Part shown: one piece after another, positions 1 through 13,200 of the stretch | How positions within the stretch are numbered: position 1 is the stretch's first letter | Layout: the number at the start of each line of letters is the position of its first letter | Origin: Sphaeroforma arctica JP610 | Lineage: Eukaryota | Assembly (NCBI RefSeq): GCF_001186125.1 | Contig: NW_014040072.1 | Location: forward strand, 1-37,249 | Direction: 5' to 3' | Length of the DNA: 37,249 bases | Translations under genes and position numbers: made by a program | Notes under the pieces: generated by a model | Database searches by the model: none | What the model was told of the DNA's origin: nothing | What the model saw: the letters and a program-made list of their open reading frames with translations, nothing else

Positions 1-47
1 GTGCGAACGGTAGGTAGTATAACCTTAACCGTTACCGTTACCGTACA

Positions 48-48
48 C

Positions 49-133
<85 letters not shown>

Positions 134-150
134 TGTGTGTGTGTGTGTGT
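48..150. repeat. (TA)n followed by (TG)n microsatellite
   Basis: Directly visible dinucleotide runs; ORF 1..276 is an artefact of this repeat. Confidence 0.95.
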
Positions 151-1179
151 CATAGAAATAGACTTAAATTACACTTGCACGCATGTATTTTCTCAAATAT
201 CTCAACGATCTACTTCATGATATCTACTCACTTTTCGATAGATCCACTTCTGATATCCAAAACACTCACGACCTGACCTCAGACCATTTACCTTTAGTAT
301 AGAAACCTGCCTCCGCATGCACATCTATGCCATATGTTAGTGCATGTGTTAACGATAGGCTCGGAGTGCGTGTGAGCTATTGTTTTTGCTCTTGTCACCA
401 ATGTCTGGCCGACCATTGTTTTCAGGTTGATCTTTACGGAAGATAGAGCTGAATTCAAGAAACAGTTGAGAATGCGCACGGAAATCTTAGCCAATCTTGT
501 AGGCCGCAGAAAAGGCTTTCGAAAGTTAAAGGATGCCCTCCTTATCTTCTCATGCTTTGGACACTCCAGGTGGGTTAAACATATTATAGACATAAGTGAA
601 TGTATTCACGCACAGACCTGACGCAAGTAACTGCGTATGTCTGGCTCGTTGGCTTGTCCCAAGAATGCATCTGTGAAGAGCGTAACATATCTGTGTGAAA
701 AACTTTGCGCGCCGGATTTACTGTGAGTCCTTATACAGGCTAAGCTTGGCTGTGTGATAAGATTGTGTGCAATTGTGATTGTGTGCAATTGTGATTGTGT
801 GCTGTACTTGTCATTGAAATCGACAGGCTATTCGCCTGCTGTTATTTGTTACCCTACAGTTGCTGTTTAAATACAAATAACATGGAACAGTTCAATTGAG
901 TAGAGCTTTCGATCGCTTCTAATCTTCTGCATTTTCTTCGGCTCAAAAACTAGTAATGACGAACTATTACCAACCCATTCGCATGTCATGATAATCGAGC
1001 ATTCCTTCTTTTTACTGATTTTGTTTGCTTGCAGGTTCTCCTTCCCAATTGAGAATGTGCAACATCTCCATAATCTACTCCACGAATCGTAGGTCTAAAC
1101 CAACGGACTTGTATTTTTGCTCTGTTTGCAGCTACGATTTTGCAGTTGCTCGATTTTGGCTTGCGCCTTTAGCTTTTAA

Positions 1180-2560
1180 GGCACATTTGTGAGCCTCGGT
1201 TATCCACACTGTACCCCATAGTTCAGTCTCGGATCGTGCTACTGTCTCTTAATAGTACAAGTTGAAACATATTTGCATTCTCTGCATATCCCAATTAGAA
1301 AAATTGTGTCTCTGGAATTTGGAATGGTCGCTCTTTCCACGTAGTTTTACTTGTGGGGGTCAAATATCGCTGATTCATGCTGTACATCCACTCGTGTGTG
1401 CGGAGATAGATATTCTTGGTACATGTGCACGAATGATTTCTGTTCATACTTATATCAATGCTGGCCTACTTTTACTACTACACAGGGACCGGAAGAACTT
1501 TTCGCTCCTATGCACTGATATCGACTATGTCGCGTACACTCAGAGCTGCTGCGGGGTAAGTATTGTGTTGTTATCTACATTCGCCATGTATCGAGCTGTG
1601 AGTTTCCTGGTTCTTAGGCATTTCGTCATGCGATGTAGGCTCAGAAATCCGACTTGTCCTTGCAAGTTTGGTAGCCTCTAATTTGTCGATATTTGTAAAT
1701 TCTTCTGCTTTTTTATACCGGAGTATCAGAGAAAGGGTTTAACCAATGCTGATATCTTCGTGCTCACATATATACCTCCATACGAACGTAGTATTCGCGC
1801 TGCATACTCAGCTCGATCTCACTTTGACACAGACTGTGGAGAGGATGGTGAAGTACCGCCAACAAGGGAAGAAATCACACCGTTGAGTGCAGACTGCCGT
1901 GTGCAATATGCCCCGGATATCCTCCGACTGCGCGCCTGTGCTGTGATTTTCAGCAGCTACAACATGTGCATCTTCGTTTTCCAATATCTATTGGCGAAGC
2001 TGCATTTACATTTGACACTTGATGTTAAGTTGGACATAGATTGTATAATAAAATGAGCATCTGTTATCACATTATAAACTGTTGTAACTCTGTTGACCCT
2101 GACCTTGCGCTCAACTACTAAAATCATACTCAATGCCCTGCTTTTAGTCTATCGTCTCCTTCTCGTACTATAGGTGTATCTATATACTGACTAAATATGT
2201 GCCAAGGCACCGATCATATACAATACTATCAATGTCGGTTTGCCTTTGTGGTACTACAACTGCAGCACTACCAGGAAACATCTTATACGTATTGACCATA
2301 GGCTCTACCTACTATTGCTGCAGCTCAACTGGTAATTGTAGTCGAATACTTTCACATCTACGACTAGAGCAGCGTCATAGTGTTATATTTCGCGCACTGT
2401 AGACGAATTTCCAGTGTCAACTAACATCAACTGTACTTTGGTTTAACACACAGTCTTATTTATCACGTAATGTCACAAACATCCGAACAATCGAATTGCA
2501 TAGCAAAGATGTTGTTTCACTATCACCATGGTAGCATCTTTGCCACGGAGAGTACGATTG
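1180..2560 (-). pseudogene. Possible highly decayed non-LTR (LINE-like) RT and C-terminal zinc-finger relic
   Basis: Minus-strand fragments in the expected order: HLCYAIRLFGC, AIVVEPMVN..FPG...SIVYD (RT-like), and PPQVK..TW..CSTCTIKETVA (zf-RVT-like). Several frameshifts must be assumed and no intact YADD is seen. Confidence 0.25.
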
Positions 2561-3193
2561 GTCTTAACGTCGATTTTTATATAGCTTCACTTCGAAAGTA
2601 ATCTAATTGAGTTCGTGTCACAGGCACTTTGATGTTCATTCCTGGCTATAATAATGTACGTATCATACACGCTCAGCTGCGTGTCTTGTGTATGGTGGAA
2701 AGGCTGAGTAGTGCATTCGGGAACTACTTTCTACATCAGAACGCGCGTGAACTGTCCATGTGCAGTCTATCTCCGGCATACTCCCGGAGATTCTATGTTC
2801 ACATCGCAGCGCTTCAGACCTTCAGTGCCGAGTAATTTGCGTCCGGCAGTATACACTCTGCGCGTGTGCACCCTTCGAGACATGTACGGGACTACTGAAG
2901 CATGAATATGTACATGACCATGCAAATGTACACGTACACTTTTGTGAGCATATGTGCATTGACCAGAGCAAAATGCACAAGTCTAGGACGCATTCAGATA
3001 TGTGTGCAAGTATGTCACTGGTAATATTTGTAGCTTTCAGTCAAGAAACGATTGACAATAAACAGTATAGCCCCATCGTGTACATTTAAGACTTGGACAT
3101 CCATCAACAAGTAGTCTCGTGGTATGTAGAATTGCAGATACCTCTAATATTCACTCGGTGCCCTCAATATGTGCCTGAGCTTGGCTGTTCCCC

Positions 3194-5886
3194 TCAATCA
3201 CAGCTGAAGGTGTTCTCAAACGATGTGGCATTGAGCCGACAGGCTATCAGTGTCGCACACTCGCACTCGCCCACATCCAGCACAATGACTCGCGAATACT
3301 CTCCCGCATGCACGGCACGTGCTTTGATCACTGCGCTGGAGTCTGTTAAAGGCAAGGGACGTGTGTACTCGAGGTAACCAGTACCAAGGTCCACCTCGAT
3401 GCTTGCTGAGGGGGTGTCGTGGTTGGCTGACAGAACTCTGCCTGTGTACTTGATACCTGGAGGAGCCACGCGAAAGTGTATGCCCATTGCAGCAAGTTTG
3501 TCCATCTCTCGACTACCTAAAACCTCCATGAAGTCTTCGGTGTCAACCTGCAGTGCTGCCTGGTCGACATATGCTGTGCCGTTGCCGTACACCTGCAGCG
3601 GTACGTACTCCAGCTCCCACTCGGCCCTGTGCCACGCCCGTTCTGCAATGGCCAATAAACGAGGAAACATCATGTGCTCAAATTGATCGTCTGTCCGCAC
3701 GGTTTCACTCCAAACACCCGCTGTGATACCCTTGATATCTGGCATATGATCGCTCGACTTCACCGTGTATGCTTCCCCAGAGACTTGTGGTGTATACTCA
3801 GCGGTTTGCGGGAGATTTTCCGGTGCAATTCCAAACACCTTGCGCGTATTGGAAGATCTAGAGGCCCAATAGTAGCCCCGTTCCTTCGGATTCCTCTCAT
3901 ACGGCATATCAAAATAGGTGAAATCCGGACAGCTCAGCAACACATCGTGACCCAGATGATTGAATTCGGAGGCACTTGCATCAGCACCCCAGAACACGGT
4001 TTCCCACAAATTGACCGTGGTCCTATAGGTGGAGTACTCATCGTGTGCGCTGCGCATACATGTGTGTGCGTAAAACGTTATTGCCAGCAGATGTTGTTTC
4101 AAGTGTATTTACATGCCATGACTGCGCGATTGGAAGGAAATAATAAATGTACAAGATATAGAAAGGTACAAGAAAAGTGGGCGAAAATAGGTTCAGCGAG
4201 ACCATTTGTGGGGAAGGAGACCAGCACTCTCGTAGGCTTTTATGAAGACAAAGTAGTGCGTGTATTGAGCTGTGCAAATACACATTGCGAGTATCTCTGA
4301 ACAATACTTGAAATCGATATCCAATTTGGCAATTTGCCGTCGTCTTGCACTACGGCTCAGTGCTGTGGCTTATAATTTTGTTGTATGCAGCACAGAGGTG
4401 AAAAATCCGCATAAAATCGGTGTAGTGCCAAAGCATGTAATGTATATTACCCATTGGTCCATGTACTACCGTCTCTCTCGCCTCATGTGAGTCAAAGTAT
4501 CAGTTTTGTGAAAAGTCACTTGTGCAGATAACCAATTCCCCCTTGCTATACAAGCAAAGATCATTTCAACACGATGCATTCAAAAGGACCTAATATATCC
4601 TAACAAGCAAACAGATACTACGACGTACGAAAGAAACATACCGCCCCTTAAAGCCATCAGACCAAGCCTGCATGTTGGTCACATCCTCATCTCTCAGCAG
4701 TTCAGACACATCGTGGCCCCACACGTGAGTGATATCGTTAAGTGATATGTTTCGCTGTTCTATGCGCTTCTTACACGCAGGCGACTTCTCAAAGGGGCTA
4801 TCCTTCAGCGCATCACTGACATTCGTATAGCCAGGGCGGTTGTAAATATTGATCACCTCGTCACCCCCATAGTGCCACGTGTGCATCTCCAATCCAGCCT
4901 GTGTGTACATATCCTTCACCGCAGCCACCACAACCTGGGTCCATTTTCTACTGCCAGGCACGCACGGGTTGAGCAGGCTCTCCCGACCATAGAACTGAAC
5001 TGTGCGCAGTATTGATGTGTCGTTGGGGTCGTGCAGACGGTATTCGTCATTGTCAGACATCGATACTACCGCCGCACGTGAGTGTCCAGGCATGTCGATC
5101 TGACAGGATTGTGAGGCAGTGCAAGAAGCGTATGAGCACATGAGTGGTATGGAAGGCATGATGGGTGTATTTGTGAGTGTATGAAAGGGTGCATAAGCAG
5201 TGTACTATTGTGCATGCGTGTTCAGGCAGCATCATAGTCACTGGTACATTCATTCAAACTAGAACGGAGTTGAACACACGTTTGAACGCGCACACGCACC
5301 ACACAAGTGCAACTTACCTCTGTGATGACCTCAATGTTGCGTGCGGCGGCGTATCTCAAGATGTCCACGTACTCAGTTACCGTGTAGTACTGACGTGTAT
5401 GACTATTATATGGCCCTGCCCCCAGCTGCGTGGTCAGACAATTGGTTTCCAATGGATCGTAGCACCGCTTGGACCCGATGCTAGTCAACTCCGGTAGTGC
5501 CGGTATTGCCAACCGGAATCCTTCATCGTCACTAGATCAAGTAGACGTAAGTCGAGGCAAAATCAGATGAATGCGTCCACAAAAGAAGTTCGGAAAATAT
5601 CAAGAGAAAATCAGGGTAAACGGAATACACATCACAGTTCTTAGAATGACATGTGTGCTATGTAGGCGTCGTGATGGAAGAACTAGAAATTCAACATCTG
5701 CGTATACGGGGAGATGGTGGAAACTCCCGAGTATATACTTCAGACTCCTTGATCGACAGCTGATTACTCAAACATATGAAGACAAAAAATCGAAGCGAGG
5801 AGATATTGCAAACACACTTAATTCCCGATGCGTGCACATGATTAGAGGTACTCACACTTGCCATAGAACATAGTTTGCTGAAAGGC

Positions 5887-5918
<32 letters not shown>

Positions 5919-7812
5919 TGGCAGTGTAGCTCTACTAGCCAGACCAATATACATTTCTTTGAGCTGCTCTGAACAATCATATAACTGTGGTGTTGAAAGC
6001 TATGGAATGTGCATTGCGACGTCTCCGCGTATCAAAGTTGATTTGGTCTCGAGGTAAAAGAAGCAGTTTTAACCCCACTATATAAATACGTAACACTGCC
6101 TGATTTCGTACAACCGAGTGAGTGTAGCAGTGACACACCTCAAGTGAATGTGAAAATGGTTCAACTTGTAGGCAGCCATCACATCCAGCAGTCGCAGCAC
6201 AGCCGCCTTGCTATGGAAATTGCGTGCGACATCTGATGCGAATGTAATTAATTGCAATAGTATGACAATTTTTAATCGTTTAGTTTTTTAATGACTTGTG
6301 ATTCTGCATATACATATCGTTCATTCATGGTATATATATATATATATATATATCTATTCCTGTCAACAAGTAAAAGAATTCTATGGCATAGGATGGGCTG
6401 ACCAACAGCTATTTGTGCAATAGCCACAAACACCCCCAAAAAAAACATACAAGACGTTCCGTAGCATCCCGCTAAGCGAGCAAACATACCACAGAAGGCT
6501 CCTCTGGTCGCAAAACGCGGGGCATCGATGATAGCCACTTCGGGTATAGTCGTTTCAGGCAGACGGATGAGACCTATCAGCGACATAACGCCGTAGAACG
6601 CACCAGCAACATCATATCCTCGAATGAATGATCCATTCCTGGAAAGTATCATCTCGTAGCCTTCCTCATGGGCTGCATGTGATGATACCCCGTCGGGATC
6701 CACAGTCACGCTCACCTCGTGGCCTTGTATAGCACGAGATGTGCCGAGTTTGTCAAAGGCAAGCGTGATAGCCTCGCGCATAGGCTCAGGCAGAGTCGTG
6801 TCCAGCAGATTGAAGCCCAGATTGACGTCAATCTGGCCGCTTCCACGTGTTGTGTTTAGGGGTTTGGGTATGATACGCACATCACTGAGCTGAGTCGCAT
6901 TCAATCTCTGTGCTTCGTTGGTAATGTATCGCATGCCGTCGGTGTCCTTCGTTAACTGGTCGTAGCCATTCACATTGTCGCCAAACAGTGTTGAATAGAA
7001 TCCGAGAGTTTCTGTGTTGGTGTTATTGATCACTGCAGCTGCACCGGTGCGGTCCACCACATACCACTTGGGCATCACATCAGTTTGGAATAGCATCCAG
7101 TACTCCCACTCATTAACCAACTCGTGCTTCTCTCTCAACACACTAAACCCTTCAAACGCGTCCGTAGGTGTGATGATGTGGTGATCGCCTGTGGTATGTG
7201 TGATGTTGAACTCGGCATTGTCGTTGCTCATGAGCATGCGGATGTTGCTGAAGTGAATAGCCCAGTCTTTCTCAGTCATGTTATCGTCGCCAAAGTATTC
7301 GATGAATATGGACGCCATGAAGCACAGTCCACTATCCGCATTGGCACATGTGCGGGATGGTTGAGTGGCCTCGTGGAGGTCAAAGGTGATCTGCACGGAT
7401 GCAACGGTAATAAGTGAGAGACAGTAAAAATGTGCAGGCAGACGCAAGAGAAATCGAACCTTTTTTGGTGAAAATCAAGGTGTGGAGAACGGTGGCGGCT
7501 GTATAATTGGCAATTATGTTTGTAGAATGTTGTTGTATCGCAGCAATAAAAAATGGCAGACCAGCGCAGTAGCGATGTTGCAAGCTCTTCCACCAAGCAA
7601 GTTAGGTACTGGCAGTAAGGCAACACATATACTCAAGCCAGTATAAGCGAAATTAGAGCTTCAAATCGCATATCGTACAGCTTTGCAATTGCAGTGCCGA
7701 TTGAGGAGTTTAGGGTTTCCTCGACTGAGGTTTTCTCTATGCACACCTTCAGTTTACTGGCAAGTTCAGCAGCGCCGATTGCGAGTGCTACTGATGCGAG
7801 CACCTGCAACAT
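3194..7812 (-). CDS. GH20 beta-N-acetylhexosaminidase of the chitobiase type, probably secreted, 6 exons
   Basis: Exons 7812-7747, 7390-6490, 6232-6139, 5531-5318, 5099-4642 and 4049-3194 are joined by GT-AG introns with consistent phases. Signal-like start MLQVLASVALAIGAA. Motifs DAPRF..RG..DVARNF, KLNHFHIHLSDDEGFRL, EIDMPGH, catalytic HYGGDE, DMPYE..PKERGYYWA, GVWSETVR, FPRLLAIAERAWH. Start codon and extreme C-terminus are less certain. Confidence 0.92.
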
Positions 7813-8908
7813 AACACTTCGAATCACTAGCCGGTCTATACGCACGGGATATATCATCTTGTACGTTAAAGGTGGAGTTGGCTTATGACGAACAACCGTA
7901 TGGTGGTGTACTTTCATACACTTAACAGGTGTGCATGCAGCTAGTCATGCCCTAGGTTATAGCGGCATGGTACCAACTTCTACTATGGCAAATCAACGGA
8001 GACATGCTGAAGTAAAGTACTGGAGCTGCGCTGGACAGCAATGTTCGGGCCATCAGACTTTCGTGTGTGACTGACTCGTGTACACTCTCACTGCACAGTC
8101 TATAGCCCACCGCACAGGCCACACGAAAGTCATTCATCTCAGCACCAAGCTCCAGCTGCACCCAGCACCAGCTATCTATTTATACATCGTATTTACACAT
8201 AAAATAAATATAAAAGCGTGTATTCTCAGTTCGCGTTAAACCGGTTTGAAGTCAATCGGTTTTGCAATAGTAAACGTTTAGACTTAGAGTGTACTTTTAA
8301 AGCACTCATCGTTTTTCTCGTTAAAACGTATAAATATCAATTCTTTTTTGCGTTTACGTTTTGGATTTGTCTATATTTATACATATGAGTCATATAATAA
8401 GATGCTCATGTGATATGACATTTGACGTTTGGCATTTATTTGTATCAGAATGCCACAGATATGTCCGTGACTGGCTCTTTGGGATGGTGGATGATTACTA
8501 TTGTGTTCATCATTGTATTCCTCCCTGTGTGTGCATCGTTTTATTCGCAATATCCAATATAACCACCGTTCACTCTAGCAATACTTAATGCTTACTACAC
8601 TCACTATACATTATTCGTACACGTAGAGGTGCTGACGAAGGGTGCTCAACTTATACTGTCACACGTGTTGAAATATCAAGTGCGTTTACATACAGTGATA
8701 ATTCTAGTGATAGCAGTTCAATATAACCGCTATTTAGCTACGAGCATACCCACCACCGCCTATCTTATCAGATTCGATTCTGAAATGCCCACGTACCATT
8801 ATAGTGCACGTTCGTGATAGTCATACACTCGACCATTTGCTTTCATAGCCGATTAATTTAGGACCTTGACTGATTAATAAGTATAAGGATTGCCAAGGTG
8901 CTGCCGAC

Positions 8909-9973
8909 ATGTCACACAGATGCGTTAGAGATGCTGTGGGGTTTGTGAGTGGTATTGGTAGCGTGGTGAAGGTGCTGAGTCGTCAACCATTAAACCCCTC
9001 TTTGCTCATTCCGTTGTCCGGAGGGGTGGTCCTGCATTCGGACACATACACACATCCAGATAAAAGTGTCTTGCACACACTGGACGATGTCGAGAATCTC
9101 TCCCATACACTAATCGACACTAAGCTACATTTGCGGAAGGAACATTCAACACAAAATAAAGAACAACCACGGGTGGATGGGAGAATACCTCCCGAAGTGA
9201 AGGCAGATGTGGTCTCTAATGTACCTGTGTATGATAGCGCTCATAAAAATACGTCAGAAGCATACTTTAACAGACTGACGGAAGCCAATGTTGCGCATGT
9301 GCAGGCACAGGCACACATCGCAGACGACGACGAGTGGTTCAGTGGTGGGAAGGCGTCAACCGACACCTCAGATGTACCACCGCCTCTAGCGGGAGAGTCT
9401 ATACCCGCGCCATCATACACTCACATAGATACACGTGAACAAACCGATTCACACCCACAACCGCGCAGAAGTATCGCTGATGAAGTAGAGGATGTTGTGG
9501 CTGCGTCTGCGAACGTAGGGTTAGATAAGGGCATTGTGCTCGAGGCTGCACAAGAGAAAGAATGCCGCAAGAAGGCGTTGGGATCTACCGTAGCAGGGAA
9601 TTCTAGTACAGGGGAAGAGCTGTCGGAGATGGAGGGATTGAATCACTCGAAACCAACAGCACTTCCGAACATCGACCTCAAAGACAATGTCGCAAGTAGT
9701 GGTGCAAATACACCCCTAGATGAAGCCACCAAACCTACTGGAGAAGACATTCTGTCATCAGTCGGTAAAGACGGTAAAGCCAAGGATGCTACTGCAAGTT
9801 TAGAACAGCTATTAAATACCCATGAAGGGTTGGGATCGAGTGCACAAGCCAGAAGAGTGCCTGTGTCCGCTGCGTCACGACTATTTGGCTACGCAGGTGA
9901 GTTTGTTTTTTCTTGCTGCTAAGTGTATCAGGCCACTGCATTGTATATAAATGTATGTATGTATATGTATATG

Positions 9974-10049
<76 letters not shown>

Positions 10050-10181
10050 ACTGTATATTATATATATATATGTTGTGNNNNNNNNNNNNNNNNNNNNGTT
10101 CCGTACTACTATATATATATATATATGTAGATATATATATATATATGTATATAGATATANANATATATATATATATATATN

Positions 10182-10226
<45 letters not shown>

Positions 10227-13200
10227 TCTCTTATACTACAGTGCGACGTCTGTATGAAGCGTATGTATGATATTTTTGGGAATTTCATTATTCCGATGAA
10301 AATGGGATTTATCAATCACCTCTCCAGGGTTATACGTATGAATGGTTTCGTCTCTTGTAAGTTCAGATTCTTGTTTACATCGCTGGTGTTGACATCCTCT
10401 AGTGGTCAGTCTCCGTGCACTTGTTGTCAATGTCAAGAACTATTTCTCCCATACACTCCCGTCGTTAGGTGCGATTATGGTGTTGTATCTCATGCCGTAC
10501 TTACCCCCTGCGACACAGGACTATTCACACGGATTGGTACGAACATGCTGACAGACAGAGTCAAGGAGAGCGTTGGTATGGGGTCAGCTACACCTGTGGA
10601 AGGCCGGCGAAGGTCACGAGTGATGACGGAGAGGAATGCTGATGCTATGGTGAATACGCTGTGTCGCATGAGGGGTGCGGCGCTAAAGCTTGGACAGGTA
10701 GGGCTTGTACGCACATGTACCAACACCCTGTGTGCCTGTTTGTACTAACGACCTTGTGTATGCATGGAATACGTCTTTGTCCTGGTGTGTAGGTATGATT
10801 GCATTGTATATCGGTGTGTGGTTTCTTCTGTGTTGTGCGTAAACTGTGTGGTACATCCGACGGATACATACCGTAGCCTCAATGCCATGTGCGAGATGAG
10901 CGAGGCGTTTCAAACACACGTGGCGGCTGTGCACTACATATGCATTCACTTGTTTCCCAGTGTTCATGAAGGGGTTCATGCATACCACCACAGTGCAGCT
11001 TAACAACGAATATACGGTCTCTTACGTGTACACGCGCAGGTTTTGAGTATCCAAGACAACACTATGGTTGCCCCAGAGATCCAGACCATCTTCAATCGCG
11101 TGCGGCTCAGTGCCGACTTTATGCCCGCAGATCAGATGATGAATGTGCTGTCCAGTGAGATGGGAGAGAATTGGCGGGAGAGGTACAGCGACTTCGCGGA
11201 GAAGCCTATGGCTGCTGCCAGCATAGGCCAAGTGCATCGTGCGCAGAGCTTAGATGGCCGGTGTGTATGTGTGTATATGTGAGTGGTATTGAGTTACTTC
11301 TTGTTATCTAAATATTGCGTAAGTGAGTTGTATTGAGTTTCTTCTTGTTATCTAAATACTGCGCATGTGAGCTGTATTGAGTTGCATCTTGTTTATCTAA
11401 ATGGGTACGGGTGCTGTATGAGTATGACGGTGCATTCGAGCGTTTCCTCGTGCTTCTATGCATAATTATGGTGCTCTTATCATATGTATTGTATTGGGTC
11501 CTTCTGTATATGCAGGAAACTGGCAGTCAAGATCCAGTACCCAGGTATAGCGGACTCGATCGACAGTGACTTTGGACTATTACTTCGACTACTGAAGATG
11601 ACCAATGCCTTACCGGAAGGTGCCTTCTTAGAGAAAAGCATCACCTGTAGCAGAGATGAGCTGGTGGAAGAGTGCCAGTATCTCAAAGAGGTATGTTCTC
11701 TAAACCCCTAAAACCCATGCATGAGAGAGACAGTACCCCTGTTTGTTACCGTGGTAGTCACCAAGGTATCTGGTATCTGTTTGGAGTGTGAGGAGGTCTC
11801 TCCTGCGTATGTATATGCAACGAATCGTGCATTCAATCATCGCAGTGTCTGGCCTTGCCTCCAGCACTTGCCCAACATTACTTGCTTGCTGCTCATCACA
11901 TGGCATCCCTTCACAGGCCGAACACATGGAGAACTTCCGCGCTCTGCTCAAAGACGACGAATTCTATCACATCCCATTGGTTGATCACGAACTAACCACC
12001 AATCGGGTGCTTACAATGGAGTACGTCGATGGAGTGCCTTTGGAACAGGCGAAGGACTTCTCGCAGGATGTGCGCAATCGTATCTCCTACAATGTCATGC
12101 GGCTGTGTTTGAAGGAGTTGTTCGAGTGGCGCTACATGCAGACAGACCCCAATTGGGCCAATTTCCTGTACGATTCACACAAGGATCAGGTGCTGTGCCG
12201 TTGCTGAGTGTCTGTGTTGCTGATATTGTAGGTTGTACGTAGTAGCACTACTTGTGGTGTCTGGTTTAGCGGCGTAGCCACATGTGTAGACACCTCTATG
12301 TTGTGCGTTCCTGCAGGGACAACACTTTTATGTGAGAATTGTGCAATTCTCGTTGTGTTGTGAAACATCGGGTATTTCATTGCCTGTACATGCCTCTATT
12401 CATGTGCTTGGGTACATACAATGTCTCTGTGTCGCTGTTTGCAATCTGCATATGCACCACATACACTTGGAATACAGATGTGTGCAATGCGTGTGTGCGA
12501 ATGGCTTGCACTACAGATTTACTTTGACGTGTGTATCAGCACTCTGCTGTCTACTCCTGCGAGTACCATAGTTGCCATATGTGTTGTTTGTGCGTGGCAA
12601 GTTCCTATTAATATCTGCACCTGAAGGTTTATATACCGTCTATGTATCCCCGATGTTCTCTACCTACTTCGAGGCAACCTCGATTTGCCAGTGCCAGCCC
12701 CATAATTCGAAAACCTGTATATATTGGCATTGTATGGTTATATAATGTGTATCCCTAAGCACGTATCAACATTAAATCCTCCTGTGTATGTGGCTGAACC
12801 TACGTTCGCCTTTGTGTACACAGCTCAACCTTCTTGACTTCGGCGCTGCGCGGCGATACGAACCAAAATTCATAGATGAGTACCTCCGCGTCATCAAAGC
12901 GGCTGCTGACAACAACAAGCAGGGTATCGCTGGTATGTACACGCCTCTGTCCCTCTGAGTGCGCGTGCTCGTGAATGCATGCGCGCACCCTGATGAGATT
13001 GTTGGAGCCCGTCACGCATGTTGTTGCAGCTGTAAACCATCGGGAGACCCTGGGGTGCACTCGCCTGGTTGTGTTATAAAGAGGCTTGTGTGCACTTCTA
13101 GGTTACCCAATACCCCGTTGTTAGGGCATTTAATCGCAGGCCACTTCTACATCGGCCCAAAAAAACACGGAGCTTCTTTTCCTCATGCACGTGTGCTGAT

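Noticed and set aside
20..43. Telomere-like taacct/taaccg/ttaccg hexamers (also taaacccctaaaaccc near 11701)
   Set aside because: Too few and too degenerate to call telomeric.
3399..4300. Plus-strand ORFs of 95 and 208 aa
   Set aside because: Antisense shadows of the last GH20 exon with no recognisable motifs.
9913..10315. YI/CV-rich ORFs (also 1..276 and 37051..37236)
   Set aside because: Translations of (TA)n and (TG)n microsatellites.
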